Below are positions 30,711 through 40,271 of a stretch of DNA of 64,000 bases, piece by piece. The notes under the pieces were generated by a model. That model worked only from the letters and a program-made list of their open reading frames with translations, was not told the DNA's origin and made no database searches. The stretch lies in IMG/VR virus record IMGVR_UViG_3300042540_001399, positions 62,001 to 126,000 of that record. One strand, written 5' to 3'. The translations under genes were made by a program, and so were the position numbers. Numbering within the stretch: position 1 is the stretch's first letter; every line of letters starts with the position of its first letter.

Positions 30711-31064
30711 ATGAAAAATATACTATCAAGTCTAACCACATCAGAAAAAAATAGAATTCTTGAAATGCACAGAAGAGCAACATCAAAATTTTATTTATTT
30801 GAATCAGATATAGATGGTGAAATTTATTGGCAATCTTGTGATCAAGAAATGAATTTATTATCAGATGAATCAAAATCTGGTTTAAAACCTGCGGGGAATG
30901 AAAATGGAAAAGATTTATTTTATTTTGAAATTTTACCCGAAGATAAGGCAAAAAATCCGCAATATGACATACAAGGTTGTGTCGGGATTGAAGGTAAAGA
31001 TAGTAAAGTCTATATTGAAGAATATGATGGTAAAAAAGTTTTAAGACTTTATGAAGGTTTTTAA
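30711..31064 (+). CDS. Hypothetical acidic protein with EKNRILEMH leader
   Basis: Own TATTTAT motif (30691) upstream and a terminator downstream. Confidence 0.6.
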   Translation: MKNILSSLTTSEKNRILEMHRRATSKFYLFESDIDGEIYWQSCDQEMNLLSDESKSGLKPAGNENGKDLFYFEILPEDKAKNPQYDIQGCVGIEGKDSKVYIEEYDGKKVLRLYEGF

Positions 31065-31083
31065 AATTAAAAAATAAATAAGT

Positions 31084-31108
31084 AACCCACCCAAAAGGTG
31101 GGTTTTTT
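31084..31108 (+). terminator. Intrinsic terminator
   Basis: aacccacc-caaaa-ggtgggtt followed by a T-run. Confidence 0.85.
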
Positions 31109-31113
31109 GTTAA

Positions 31114-31144
31114 TTGACAATCTAATCAAATATGACTATATTTA
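31114..31144 (+). promoter_or_regulatory. Candidate middle promoter TTGACA-N17-TATATTTA
   Basis: Lies between the terminator and the SbcD-like start. Confidence 0.65.
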
Positions 31145-31148
31145 GTAT

Positions 31149-31928
31149 ATGATTAAAAAACTTATACACTTTTCTGATTTACATATAAGATTATTCAAAG
31201 ACCATGAGATTTACAGATTAATTCTTGAAAATGCATTTAACGAATGGAAAAATTTAAATCCTGATAGAATTGTGTTTACTGGTGATTTAGTCCATTCAAA
31301 AAATCAAATGACTCCCGAACTTATTGAAATGGTAAGTTGGGTATTGAAAGAATGTTCTTCGATTGCAAAAACAATAATTATACCTGGTAACCACGACTTT
31401 TTAGTGAATAACACAGAAAGATTAGACGCTCTTTCACCAATAATAAATTCTTTGAACAACCAAAATATTGTATATTACAAAGATCGCGGTGTTTATGAAG
31501 ACGAAAATGTTAGTTGGTGTGTTTATTCTCAGTATCAACATAATATACCGCCAGATATCAACGTAGCAACAGGAATAAAAATTGGATTGTTCCATGGACC
31601 TATATCTGGTCTTAAAACGGATTTAGGGTTTGAATTTGGTGAAGAAGCTTATGATGTTGAAAAATTTGATGGTTTAGATGTTGTTTTGTGTGGGGACATT
31701 CACAAAAGATCTGAATTTAAATTCAAAACAGGAAAAGGATATATGATTGGGTCTACAATCCAAAATAATATTGGTGAAAGTGTTAACAATCACGGATATG
31801 GTGTTTACGACATACCAAATAAAGATTATGTTTATGTTGATCTATTTAATCCTAAACCATTTCTTAAGTTTTCAATTAGTTCATTCACAGATTTAGAACA
31901 TGGAACCGAAAAAATCCAAAATATTTAG
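31149..31928 (+). CDS. SbcD/Mre11/gp47-like metallophosphoesterase nuclease (short, 259 aa)
   Basis: SDLH, GDLVH, PGNHD, LFHGP, GDIHKR calcineurin-like motifs. An SbcC gene is nearby. Confidence 0.85.
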   Translation: MIKKLIHFSDLHIRLFKDHEIYRLILENAFNEWKNLNPDRIVFTGDLVHSKNQMTPELIEMVSWVLKECSSIAKTIIIPGNHDFLVNNTERLDALSPIINSLNNQNIVYYKDRGVYEDENVSWCVYSQYQHNIPPDINVATGIKIGLFHGPISGLKTDLGFEFGEEAYDVEKFDGLDVVLCGDIHKRSEFKFKTGKGYMIGSTIQNNIGESVNNHGYGVYDIPNKDYVYVDLFNPKPFLKFSISSFTDLEHGTEKIQNI

Positions 31929-32610
31929 TAAAGAAACAATGCAGGCAGTGTCTGCATATTGTGAGTCCGAAGATATTAAAGACGTTGATAAGTTTATGTA
32001 CCTTTGTTTTAAACAAGGATTTGATATCAAAAGATATGGATTTTTGGGGGAAACACTTAATGAAGGTGAAAAAGACTTAAAAATGAACGAAGTCCAAGAA
32101 AAATGGGTGGAAAAGGAGGTAATTGTTGAAAAACGAGTGGAAATTCCTGTTGAAGTCATCAAAGAAGTTGAAAAAATTGTTGAAGTCATAAAAGAAGTTA
32201 TTGTAGAAAAGGAAATAATAAAAGAAGTTCCAGTTGAGATTGTAAAAGAGGTTGAAAAGATTGTAACAATAACCAATAATGAAGAGCTTGAGGAAAAAAT
32301 TTTCCAATTAAACAAAGATTTGGAGTCAGAACGGAAAATTTTTTCCACTAAAATGGAAGAAATGGAAAATAATTTCCAAAATGAAATGTCTAAAAAGATT
32401 AAAGAATTAGATGAACTTAGACATAATTTAGACATTATAAAAGAAAATGACAAAACAAAACTCCTTCAGGATACTTTACAAAAATTAAGAAAAGAAATTT
32501 CAGATAAAAATAAAAAAATTGAAGAATTAGAAAAAATAAACAATAGACCAAATAGTGATGTAATAAATGCAATTTTCATGAAAGGGTCAAATTTAAAAGA
32601 TATATTATGA
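31900..32610 (+). CDS. Coiled-coil protein with alveolin-like E/K/V/I/P repeats
   Basis: VEKEVIVEKRVEIPVEVIKEVEKIVEVIKEV...KEVPVEIVKEVEKIV followed by a coiled coil. Confidence 0.7.
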   Translation: MEPKKSKIFSKETMQAVSAYCESEDIKDVDKFMYLCFKQGFDIKRYGFLGETLNEGEKDLKMNEVQEKWVEKEVIVEKRVEIPVEVIKEVEKIVEVIKEVIVEKEIIKEVPVEIVKEVEKIVTITNNEELEEKIFQLNKDLESERKIFSTKMEEMENNFQNEMSKKIKELDELRHNLDIIKENDKTKLLQDTLQKLRKEISDKNKKIEELEKINNRPNSDVINAIFMKGSNLKDIL

Positions 32611-33014
32611 TACAATTATTAATTTGGGTGATGGTTGCCTACGGAATGACAAACATTTTGGTTTACGGATCAATTTTTAATGGAATAAGGGATGGAATAC
32701 GTAATTGGGGTAACAATGAGTTAGCTCCTTTTAACTATATGGGATCTTTTATATCGGCATTAATATCGTGTGTTTTATGTACATCAACATGGGTTGGGTT
32801 TTTCTTATCATTAACATATTTTTCACCAAGTTATAATATCATTGGAACTAATAAAATTTTATCCGTATTTTTTGACGGGATGTTATCTGCTGGTTTTGTT
32901 TGGGCAATAAACTCTATAATCGAATGGTTCGAAGAAAATAGATTGTCAAATCAAAAACAAGAAGTTACATATGTGATACCTGAAGATGAAGAAGAACAAA
33001 TATTAAACGATTAA
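32607..33014 (+). CDS. Membrane protein (3 TM, CxxC-like CVLCTSTWVG)
   Basis: Three hydrophobic segments. The C..C.S.W.G motif is reminiscent of DUF1360-like proteins. Confidence 0.6.
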   Translation: MIQLLIWVMVAYGMTNILVYGSIFNGIRDGIRNWGNNELAPFNYMGSFISALISCVLCTSTWVGFFLSLTYFSPSYNIIGTNKILSVFFDGMLSAGFVWAINSIIEWFEENRLSNQKQEVTYVIPEDEEEQILND

Positions 33015-33024
33015 TAAAAATAAA

Positions 33025-33309
33025 ATGGGAAAAAAAGCAAAAGAACACAGAAAAAAAGTTGAAAAAAGAAATGCAAAAATAAAATCACAAAAAAGTGCAA
33101 TGCAAAAAGCTTTTGACATTCTAATGAAACAACAAATAGAAAAATTGAAAGAAAATAATAATTTGAATGTAAGTTTATCAGGACAACCATTATCATTCAA
33201 TGTTATGGATGAGAATGAAGAATTAATTGATGAAATTAATATTGAATCTGTAAAACCAACTGAATTTATTGAACTGAAAACACAAGAAAATAAGGAAGAA
33301 GAAGAATAA
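33025..33309 (+). CDS. Hypothetical protein (basic N-terminus, acidic C-terminus)
   Basis: Abuts the SbcC start. Codon usage consistent with neighbours. Confidence 0.55.
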   Translation: MGKKAKEHRKKVEKRNAKIKSQKSAMQKAFDILMKQQIEKLKENNNLNVSLSGQPLSFNVMDENEELIDEINIESVKPTEFIELKTQENKEEEE

Positions 33310-35685
33310 ATGGATCTATTTAATCCACCGAAGTTATTTAATTATGAATTTATGATAAAAGAATTAGACTTTTCTAAGTTTGAAAATCCAACAATACAGG
33401 TAGTTTGGGAAGATAATCAAGAAAACTTTACGCAAGATAAAATTAAAAGTGTAAAATATTACTTTCAAAAAAAGTACAACACAACTAATGTTAATGTGTT
33501 AACAAAAGTTAAAACAAAAAATGAAGATACACAACAAACTATTGATGTTTCTTTGAACGTTACTGATAGTAATTACCAAATAGATTTGTTAAAAGGTTTT
33601 TTAGAATCTAAAGGATATGACAAAAGTTTGAAAGAAGTTTTGGATCTCAACAAAACTGTGGAATATAAAATGGAAGAAAGTGATGTTGATATCACACAAT
33701 TCAAAAAATGGTATATTAAAAATATTGAGTTTTCTAATTTTTTATCCTATGGTGAAAATCAAAAATTAGATTTTGACAGGTTAAATGGTTTGATTGTTGT
33801 CGAGTCTAATCCACCAAACTTTGGTGGTAAAACTGTTTTATCTGTTGACCTTCTGATGTTTTTATTTTTTAATGAAACAACAAAAACAACAAAGGCTGAA
33901 GAAATATTTAATCGATTTACCGATAAAAACTCGGTAGTTGTTAAAGGTGAAATAACAATAGACGGTGAAGACTACATTATCATAAGAAAAATTGAAAGGA
34001 AGTTATCCAAAAAGGGAGAATGGAACGTAAAAACAGAATTAGATTTTTTTAAAAAACTATCTGATGGTAGTCTACAAAATTTCACTGGTGAACAAAGACG
34101 TGAAACTGAAACTTTCATCAAAAATTCTATAGGGACTAAAGAAGATTTTTTGATGACAATTTTAACTACTGCCACAAATTTAGAAGAACTTTTGGAATCT
34201 AAACCAACTGCAAGAGGACAAGTATTATCAAGGTTTATGGGACTTGAATTTTTAAAAAAGAAAGAAGAAGTCGCTAAAGAAATATATTCAGATTTTTCAA
34301 AACAAAAACTTTCTAACATATATTCATCCGAACAACTTAAAACTGATATATCTGATTATGAAAACACAATTAAATCACTTAATAATCAAATTGAAGATAG
34401 TAATAAAGAATTGACAAATGTGGAAGAAGCGATCACAAAAGGTAAGTCCTACCGTGATGATATGTTGAAGAAAAAACATTCCAACATCGATCAAGAAATT
34501 AGTAGATTAAATCCGACTAAAGTTCAAGAAGAAATTAACACGATTGATTTTGAAAAGAAAGGTTATATTTCCAAGATTAATGAACTAAAAGTTGTTGAAC
34601 CAAGTGAATATTATCATGAAGATAAACACGATGAGGTTAAAGAACAATATAACGATGTTTATAAAGAAGTGGTCCAGATTGATACTGAAATTTCATCAAT
34701 TAACAAATTGAAATCTGAAGTTGAGGGTGGTATTAAATGTGAACACTGTGGAATTGAGTTAATGAACGCGGCAATAACAAATGCCAAAATTGCAGAACTT
34801 GATGGACTTATCATGCATAAAACCACAAAAACGACACTTATGCAGGATTTATCCCGCAAAGAACAAAGTTTTGTACAATTAAAGAAGGAGTTTGATGAAT
34901 ACGAAAAAAACAAACTTGTTAAAGAAAAGTATGAGATTTCTGTTGAAAGTTGTGATTTGAAAATAAGCGCGTTAAAAGACAAACTCAAAAGGTGGGGAGA
35001 AATTCAAGACAAAATTCAAGAAAATCAAAAGATCGACGGACAATTAATAAAGGCCGATATGCGATTAGAAGAACTTGAAAGAGAAAAAACAAGAATTAAT
35101 TCAATCCTTTCGACAAACAAGGTTTCTATAGTTTCTTATCAGGAAAAGATTGAAAAAAATAAAACAATGATTGAAAAAATTCAAAAAGAAGAAGATAAAG
35201 AAAAAATATATAAAACTTATCTTGAAGCTTATGGAAAAAATGGTGTTTCTAAAACAATTATGAAAACTATGATGCCAATCATAAATTCTGAACTTCAAAG
35301 ACTTATGGAAGATTCTTGTTACTTTAAATTAGAAATTAGAATCAATGATAAGAATGAAGTTGAATTTATTATGATTGATAATGGAACGGGTATAGAAAAG
35401 TTAATGACATCTGGAAGTGGTTACGAAAAAACTATCGCATCATTGGCACTTAGATCAGTACTAAGTAAGATATGTTCACTTTCTAAACCCAACGTAATCG
35501 TTTTCGATGAAGTATTTGGGAAAATAAGTAATGATAATTTGGAGTTAGTATCTGAATTTTTTATGAAAATTAAAGATTACTTCGAAAAAATATTCATAAT
35601 CAGTCACAACCCAATGGTTAGTCAATGGGCTGAGTCAACCGTAAAAATTTCTAAAGAAAACAATATATCTAAAATTGTCAATTGA
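33310..35685 (+). CDS. SbcC/Rad50/gp46-like SMC ATPase with ~125 aa N-terminal extension
   Basis: IEFSNFLSYG, Walker A variant NPPNFGGKT, coiled coil with CEHC zinc hook, signature SGSGYEK, Walker B IVFDEVFG, H-loop IISHN. Confidence 0.9.
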   Translation: MDLFNPPKLFNYEFMIKELDFSKFENPTIQVVWEDNQENFTQDKIKSVKYYFQKKYNTTNVNVLTKVKTKNEDTQQTIDVSLNVTDSNYQIDLLKGFLESKGYDKSLKEVLDLNKTVEYKMEESDVDITQFKKWYIKNIEFSNFLSYGENQKLDFDRLNGLIVVESNPPNFGGKTVLSVDLLMFLFFNETTKTTKAEEIFNRFTDKNSVVVKGEITIDGEDYIIIRKIERKLSKKGEWNVKTELDFFKKLSDGSLQNFTGEQRRETETFIKNSIGTKEDFLMTILTTATNLEELLESKPTARGQVLSRFMGLEFLKKKEEVAKEIYSDFSKQKLSNIYSSEQLKTDISDYENTIKSLNNQIEDSNKELTNVEEAITKGKSYRDDMLKKKHSNIDQEISRLNPTKVQEEINTIDFEKKGYISKINELKVVEPSEYYHEDKHDEVKEQYNDVYKEVVQIDTEISSINKLKSEVEGGIKCEHCGIELMNAAITNAKIAELDGLIMHKTTKTTLMQDLSRKEQSFVQLKKEFDEYEKNKLVKEKYEISVESCDLKISALKDKLKRWGEIQDKIQENQKIDGQLIKADMRLEELEREKTRINSILSTNKVSIVSYQEKIEKNKTMIEKIQKEEDKEKIYKTYLEAYGKNGVSKTIMKTMMPIINSELQRLMEDSCYFKLEIRINDKNEVEFIMIDNGTGIEKLMTSGSGYEKTIASLALRSVLSKICSLSKPNVIVFDEVFGKISNDNLELVSEFFMKIKDYFEKIFIISHNPMVSQWAESTVKISKENNISKIVN

Positions 35686-35712
35686 TTTAGTACTGTTTAA
35701 AATCTATATTTT
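35682..35712 (+). promoter_or_regulatory. Candidate middle promoter TTGATT-N17-TATATTTT
   Basis: Same architecture as 28282, 31114 and 48670. Confidence 0.55.
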
Positions 35713-35719
35713 ATAAGAA

Positions 35720-36397
35720 ATGTTTTATTACTACGGAAGAAAAGAAAAAATATTCAAGTACTACCCAAAACCCAAGTACGATACTATTGTGGAACCATTC
35801 GCGGGATCTGCGGCATATTCAATGAACTATCATGACAGAAATGTAATTTTAATTGAAAAAGACGTTAGAATTGCAAAACTATGGGAATATCTTATAAATG
35901 TCAGTTCTGAAGAAATTTTATCGTTACCTATTTTATCAAAAGGACAATCATTGAATAATGATAATTTCAATTATTTAAATGAAAACCAAAAGTCTATCAT
36001 AGGTTTATTTTTAAATCCTGGTTCTGCACAACCAAAAAAGTCCCCAGGTAAGTTTTGTGCTTGGAATGAAAAAAATAGATTAAAACTTTCACAAGATGTG
36101 AATAAAGTTAAACATTGGCAAATAATAAATAATGATTATACGTCAATTGAAAACATAGAAGCAACTTGGTTTATTGACCCACCATATCAAGGAAATGGTG
36201 GTAAGTATTATAAACATGGTAATAAAGGTTTTGACTATGAATTTTTATCCGAATGGTCACTCAATCGTAATGGTGAAATTATAGTATGCGAAAATTCTGA
36301 AGCTGATTGGATGGACTTCAAACCTTTAGTTGAAATACAAGGACAAAAACACAAAACAAAAGAAGTTATTTTTTATCAAAATAACGCCTTAGTTTAA
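35720..36397 (+). CDS. DNA adenine methyltransferase (D12/alpha class)
   Basis: Motif I VEPFAGSA near the N-terminus, motif IV FIDPPY later. Confidence 0.85.
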   Translation: MFYYYGRKEKIFKYYPKPKYDTIVEPFAGSAAYSMNYHDRNVILIEKDVRIAKLWEYLINVSSEEILSLPILSKGQSLNNDNFNYLNENQKSIIGLFLNPGSAQPKKSPGKFCAWNEKNRLKLSQDVNKVKHWQIINNDYTSIENIEATWFIDPPYQGNGGKYYKHGNKGFDYEFLSEWSLNRNGEIIVCENSEADWMDFKPLVEIQGQKHKTKEVIFYQNNALV

Positions 36398-36407
36398 AAA
36401 AAAACAC

Positions 36408-36415
36408 TATCTTTG
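36408..36415 (+). promoter_or_regulatory. Bacteroidota-type -7 element (TATCTTTG)
   Basis: TAnnTTTG 18 nt upstream of the ATG at 36434. Confidence 0.55.
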
Positions 36416-36433
36416 TACTATCAATAATAAAAA

Positions 36434-37309
36434 ATGGGTATTTCATCATCGACAAAAACAATTCCTGAATTTGTACTAAACTATATAAAGTTTCAAAACT
36501 CTATCGGTAACATAATAACTCGTACCGATATTAAAAATGCTTTAAGACAAGCTTTAAATCAAATGCCTTGGATGTTTGGTACATCAAACAATGGTTCTGA
36601 TGTTGCATCTTGGGAAAGTAGTATATACCCCACTTTTAGATCGATGTATTCAAGGGCTAAAAATGGCTCAGGTGGGTCAAAAGGATTAGAAGATATTAAA
36701 ATCATCACAAAAGATGGTATAGATTATGTTTTTCATATTGACACATTTTTGATGTCGAGCATTGGTTTCAACCTTGGTGAAATATATGGGGGAGGTCAGG
36801 AAAAAATTTCAAAAGATCCACACACAACACTACAATTCATGTTATGTAGTATCGGTAGGAAGGCGGGATATAAATTATTTGTACCAAATAACAATAGAAC
36901 ATCTTTCAAGGCCGATAATGGACTTACAATCGGGGGTGAATTTTCTAACGATTTAGTTGATGATTTTATAGGATATAATGATATAACAAGACAAATTGAT
37001 GTTATTTTTTTAGAAAAAACTGAAAACGGGTATCTACCAATTAGATCTTTCGAAGTTGAAAATTCTACAAGTGTTGTTACTGGTTTAACAAGAATCAAAT
37101 CATTGGGTGTAAATGGTTGTATTATATCAACTCAAAAATCTTACAAAAATATTTTTGATAAACAATTGGAACACACCTTTACAGAATTACAAGGGAAAGT
37201 TAAGTACATAGAAGGGTCAAGAATATTCAAAATGTCAGAAGACTTTGAAGAATATGAAAAATCATTCAGTGAAGAAGAAATCAGAGAACATATTAATACA
37301 AAACTATAA
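36434..37309 (+). CDS. Putative PD-(D/E)XK restriction-endonuclease-like protein
   Basis: C-terminal IDVIF...SFEVENSTSVVTGLTRI fits a D...E-x-E nuclease core. Adjacent to an MTase. Confidence 0.5.
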   Translation: MGISSSTKTIPEFVLNYIKFQNSIGNIITRTDIKNALRQALNQMPWMFGTSNNGSDVASWESSIYPTFRSMYSRAKNGSGGSKGLEDIKIITKDGIDYVFHIDTFLMSSIGFNLGEIYGGGQEKISKDPHTTLQFMLCSIGRKAGYKLFVPNNNRTSFKADNGLTIGGEFSNDLVDDFIGYNDITRQIDVIFLEKTENGYLPIRSFEVENSTSVVTGLTRIKSLGVNGCIISTQKSYKNIFDKQLEHTFTELQGKVKYIEGSRIFKMSEDFEEYEKSFSEEEIREHINTKL

Positions 37310-37312
37310 AAA

Positions 37313-37843
37313 ATGAAATACATTTTATTTACGTATCGTTGTGACGATAAAAAAAATGAAACGGAATTTATTCGTCGCATCGCAGAAGAAATAAGTCCTG
37401 TTGTTAAATCAGATGAAATAAAATATATTTTTGGTGATACAAGTTCAGTTTTTCATTTTGAAACTGAAATGTGTTTACCTGAACTAAATATTTATATTGA
37501 TTTAGTAAGTAAGGATTTTGAAAACTTTACGTACTTTTTATTACCAAAAGGTAGAAACTTTGCCAGTAACATGGAAGAAGAAAATCTAAACCATTTAATG
37601 GAATTATATCCAAATAAAAAGAAACGAAAAAGTAATAAAAACGTATTTCAGTTACCAAAAATTGAATTTAATGATGAAGAATTTATAAAAAATTATTTAT
37701 CATCTATTGAAATAAAAGAAAAAAAAGAAGATATTTGTAATCTTACAGTTGATGAAATTTTAGATAAAATTCTTGATCAAGGAATGGATTCTTTAACAAT
37801 TGCGGAAAAAAATAAACTTGACGAACAATCTAAAAGCATATAA
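37313..37843 (+). CDS. Hypothetical protein with C-terminal DUF6576-like helix motif
   Basis: TVDEILDKILDQGMDSLTIAEKNKL. Confidence 0.55.
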   Translation: MKYILFTYRCDDKKNETEFIRRIAEEISPVVKSDEIKYIFGDTSSVFHFETEMCLPELNIYIDLVSKDFENFTYFLLPKGRNFASNMEEENLNHLMELYPNKKKRKSNKNVFQLPKIEFNDEEFIKNYLSSIEIKEKKEDICNLTVDEILDKILDQGMDSLTIAEKNKLDEQSKSI

Positions 37844-37845
37844 AT

Positions 37846-38646
37846 ATGAAAGACAAAAATGTTGGGGCACCAATAAATCAAGAAGAAATTCAACACTATC
37901 TTAAAGACATAAGAAAAATCAAGGTAATGACTCCTGATCGGGAAAAAGAACTTGCTAAGATTATGAAATCAGAAGGTATTAGTTTAAGACAACGTAAAGA
38001 AATTGAAGAAGAATTACTTAGGGGTAATTTAAGATTTGTTATAACTGTGGCAAAACAGTATCAAAATCAAGGTATGGACCTTTCAGATTTAATTGCTGAA
38101 GGAAACTTTGGATTAATGAAGGCGATCAAAAATTTTGATTGGAACAAAGACTTAAGATTTATTTCCTACGCAGTTTGGTGGGTAAAACAATCAATAATTC
38201 AGTCTCTAAATGACAACGCAAGAACAATAAGACTACCGGTTAATGTTGTACAAGATTTACAACGAGCAAAAAAAGAAGTGGAACAAACAGGGAAAAAATT
38301 AGACGATAAATTTTCTACACTACCATCTATTATTGATTTAGACATGACAATTAATGAAGATGGGGATACATTAATTGATATGATATCAAATCCTGATGCT
38401 GAACAACCAGATTCAGTATTTAACACAAAAGATATTTTAAAAGATAAACTAATGTCTCTTTTAAATGTTTTAGACGACCGTGAAAAAACAATCATTGGTG
38501 ATTACTTTGGTCTTACCGGCACTCCAAGAACTTTAGAAGATATTGGATCAGATTTCGGACTTACAAAAGAAAGGGTCAGACAGATTAAAGAAAAGGCATT
38601 ACGTAGACTTAGAAACGATAGTTCAGAATTATTTGATTATTTATAA
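37846..38646 (+). CDS. Sigma-70 family RNA polymerase sigma factor, similar to the Bacteroidota primary sigma (no region 1.1)
   Basis: NLRFVITVAKQYQNQG...LIAEGNFGLMKA...FISYAVWWVKQSIIQSL...IRLPVN, and region 4 TLEDIG..FGLTKERVRQIKEKALRRLR. Confidence 0.93.
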   Translation: MKDKNVGAPINQEEIQHYLKDIRKIKVMTPDREKELAKIMKSEGISLRQRKEIEEELLRGNLRFVITVAKQYQNQGMDLSDLIAEGNFGLMKAIKNFDWNKDLRFISYAVWWVKQSIIQSLNDNARTIRLPVNVVQDLQRAKKEVEQTGKKLDDKFSTLPSIIDLDMTINEDGDTLIDMISNPDAEQPDSVFNTKDILKDKLMSLLNVLDDREKTIIGDYFGLTGTPRTLEDIGSDFGLTKERVRQIKEKALRRLRNDSSELFDYL

Positions 38647-38659
38647 AAATAAAATTAGT

Positions 38660-39064
38660 ATGGGAAGTGTAATAGATTATATTGAATGTCCAAATTGTAA
38701 AGAAGAAGCTTTTAGTGACTTCTATTACAAGACAGGTGAAGAATATGTAGGATGTAATAATTGTGGGTATCATAGATCTGCTTTTTATAAAAGAGATGAA
38801 AATGGTAAGTTTGTAACTAAAGATGGTACTGATGATTATAAATTTGAAAATCTTGTGATGGAATTTTCGGAACTTAAAAATCCATATGGTTCATACCGAT
38901 TGAAAGTTTACCATTCGATTGCGACACAATGTGGATCATTTGAAACTGAAGAACAATACAATCAGTTCAAAGAAAACATTAAAGAAGATGTTGAAATTGA
39001 ATTTTGTTCCGTTTCAAGATTTGTTGATGGTGAAATAAAAAAAGAAGTTTTGATTGAAAATTAA
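38660..39064 (+). CDS. Zinc-ribbon protein (likely start 38660, not 38543)
   Basis: CPNC...CNNCGY. The ATG follows an A-rich spacer after the sigma stop. Confidence 0.65.
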   Translation: MGSVIDYIECPNCKEEAFSDFYYKTGEEYVGCNNCGYHRSAFYKRDENGKFVTKDGTDDYKFENLVMEFSELKNPYGSYRLKVYHSIATQCGSFETEEQYNQFKENIKEDVEIEFCSVSRFVDGEIKKEVLIEN

Positions 39065-39102
39065 AATAGTAATTAATAAACAAACAACCCTATCATATAT
39101 AG

Positions 39103-39127
39103 ACCCCCACCTTAAATGGGGGTTTTT
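39103..39127 (+). terminator. Intrinsic terminator
   Basis: accccca-ccttaaa-tgggggt followed by a T-run. Confidence 0.8.
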
Positions 39128-39164
39128 CTTTATCTTTTATATTTATTAAGTATAGTTTAAAGAT

Positions 39165-40271
39165 ATGAATAAAAAATTTTTACCTTGGTTTTTGTTATTT
39201 TGTGCAATAGGATTATCAGGAACCGCAGCGTATTACAGTGTTATAGGTTTATCTATAATATTTTCGGCAGTTGCCATTCCTGTGATCATTATGGGATCTT
39301 TTTTGGAAATATCCAAGATAGCAATCGCGACGTACTTACATGATAAATGGAAAGAAACTTACGGTATTCTAAAGATATATTTAACAATAGCATTAGTTAC
39401 TCTTTCAATACTCACATCTGTAGGAATTTATGGATTATTATCTACAGGATTTCAAAAAAATATCGCAGGACTTGAAATCAATAATAAAAAAATTGAAAAC
39501 ATCGAAGTTAAGAAAAACAGGTTTGATGAAATAAAGAAAGAATATCAAAAGGAAAAAGATGTGTTGGATAAAGACATAACAAATTTAAGAAATGCACTTT
39601 CCACAAATACAACAACTCAGACCATTGATAGAACAACGGGTCAAGTAGTTACAAGAGCTAATGGTGGTAATAGAAAGGCTTTCGAAACACAATTAAAAGT
39701 TGCTCAAACAAACAGAGATACACTATCAATCAAAATAGAAGCACTAAATGATAGTATAACCAAGTTAGATTTAGAAGTTTTAGATCTCACTTCACAAGAA
39801 ATTCAATCAGGAGAATTAGGGGCAATTAAGTATTTAAGTGAAATAACTGGATGGGACGTTAAAAAAACCGCTAATTTTTTTATTCTTACATTAATTTTTG
39901 TTTTTGACCCATTAGCTATTGCATTAGTTATTTCTACTAATCAAGCTTTTAAAAACTATAGAAAAAAAGAAAGTAATGAAATTCACAAAGTTTCTGAACC
40001 AAAACCCGAAGTTGTTGAAAAAATTGTAGAAGTCATCAAAGAAGTGGAAGTACCTGTTCAAGTAATTAAAGAAGTGGAAGTACCCGTCCAAGTAATTAAA
40101 GAAGTTGAAAAAATTGTAGAAGTACCTGTGGAAGTTATAAAAGAAGTGGAAAAAATTGTAGAAGTACCTGTAGAAGTTATAAAAGAAGTTGAAAAAATTG
40201 TAGAAGTACCGATTGAAACAACGACAGTAGGTGAAAATAATAAAAAAAGATTGGTTTATAAAAAAGAATAA
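39165..40271 (+). CDS. Membrane protein with coiled coil and C-terminal alveolin-like repeats
   Basis: 3 N-terminal TM segments, a ~130 aa coiled coil, a TM (FFILTLIFVFDPLAIALVI), then EKIVEVPVEVIKEV repeats. Confidence 0.75.
   Translation: MNKKFLPWFLLFCAIGLSGTAAYYSVIGLSIIFSAVAIPVIIMGSFLEISKIAIATYLHDKWKETYGILKIYLTIALVTLSILTSVGIYGLLSTGFQKNIAGLEINNKKIENIEVKKNRFDEIKKEYQKEKDVLDKDITNLRNALSTNTTTQTIDRTTGQVVTRANGGNRKAFETQLKVAQTNRDTLSIKIEALNDSITKLDLEVLDLTSQEIQSGELGAIKYLSEITGWDVKKTANFFILTLIFVFDPLAIALVISTNQAFKNYRKKESNEIHKVSEPKPEVVEKIVEVIKEVEVPVQVIKEVEVPVQVIKEVEKIVEVPVEVIKEVEKIVEVPVEVIKEVEKIVEVPIETTTVGENNKKRLVYKKE
40009..40216 (+). repeat. Tandem coding repeat: 30-nt units (KEVEVPVQVI) x2 then 42-nt units (KEVEKIVEVPVEVI) x~3
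   Basis: Near-identical DNA units such as aaagaagt(t/g)gaaaaaattgtagaagtacc. Confidence 0.9.

Noticed and set aside
38543-38659. ORF-track start at 38543 for the zinc-ribbon gene, likewise 46937, 40830, 17672 and 48460
   Set aside because: These extensions overlap neighbouring genes or regulatory sites. Downstream ATGs at 38660, 46805, 40857, 17696 and 48442 have A-rich leaders or stop-start coupling.
40009-40216. Possible CRISPR array or non-coding tandem repeat
   Set aside because: Units are 30/42 nt, in frame, with synonymous variation and no unique spacers, so this is a coding repeat. The same applies to the ccaaca-type PT repeats.
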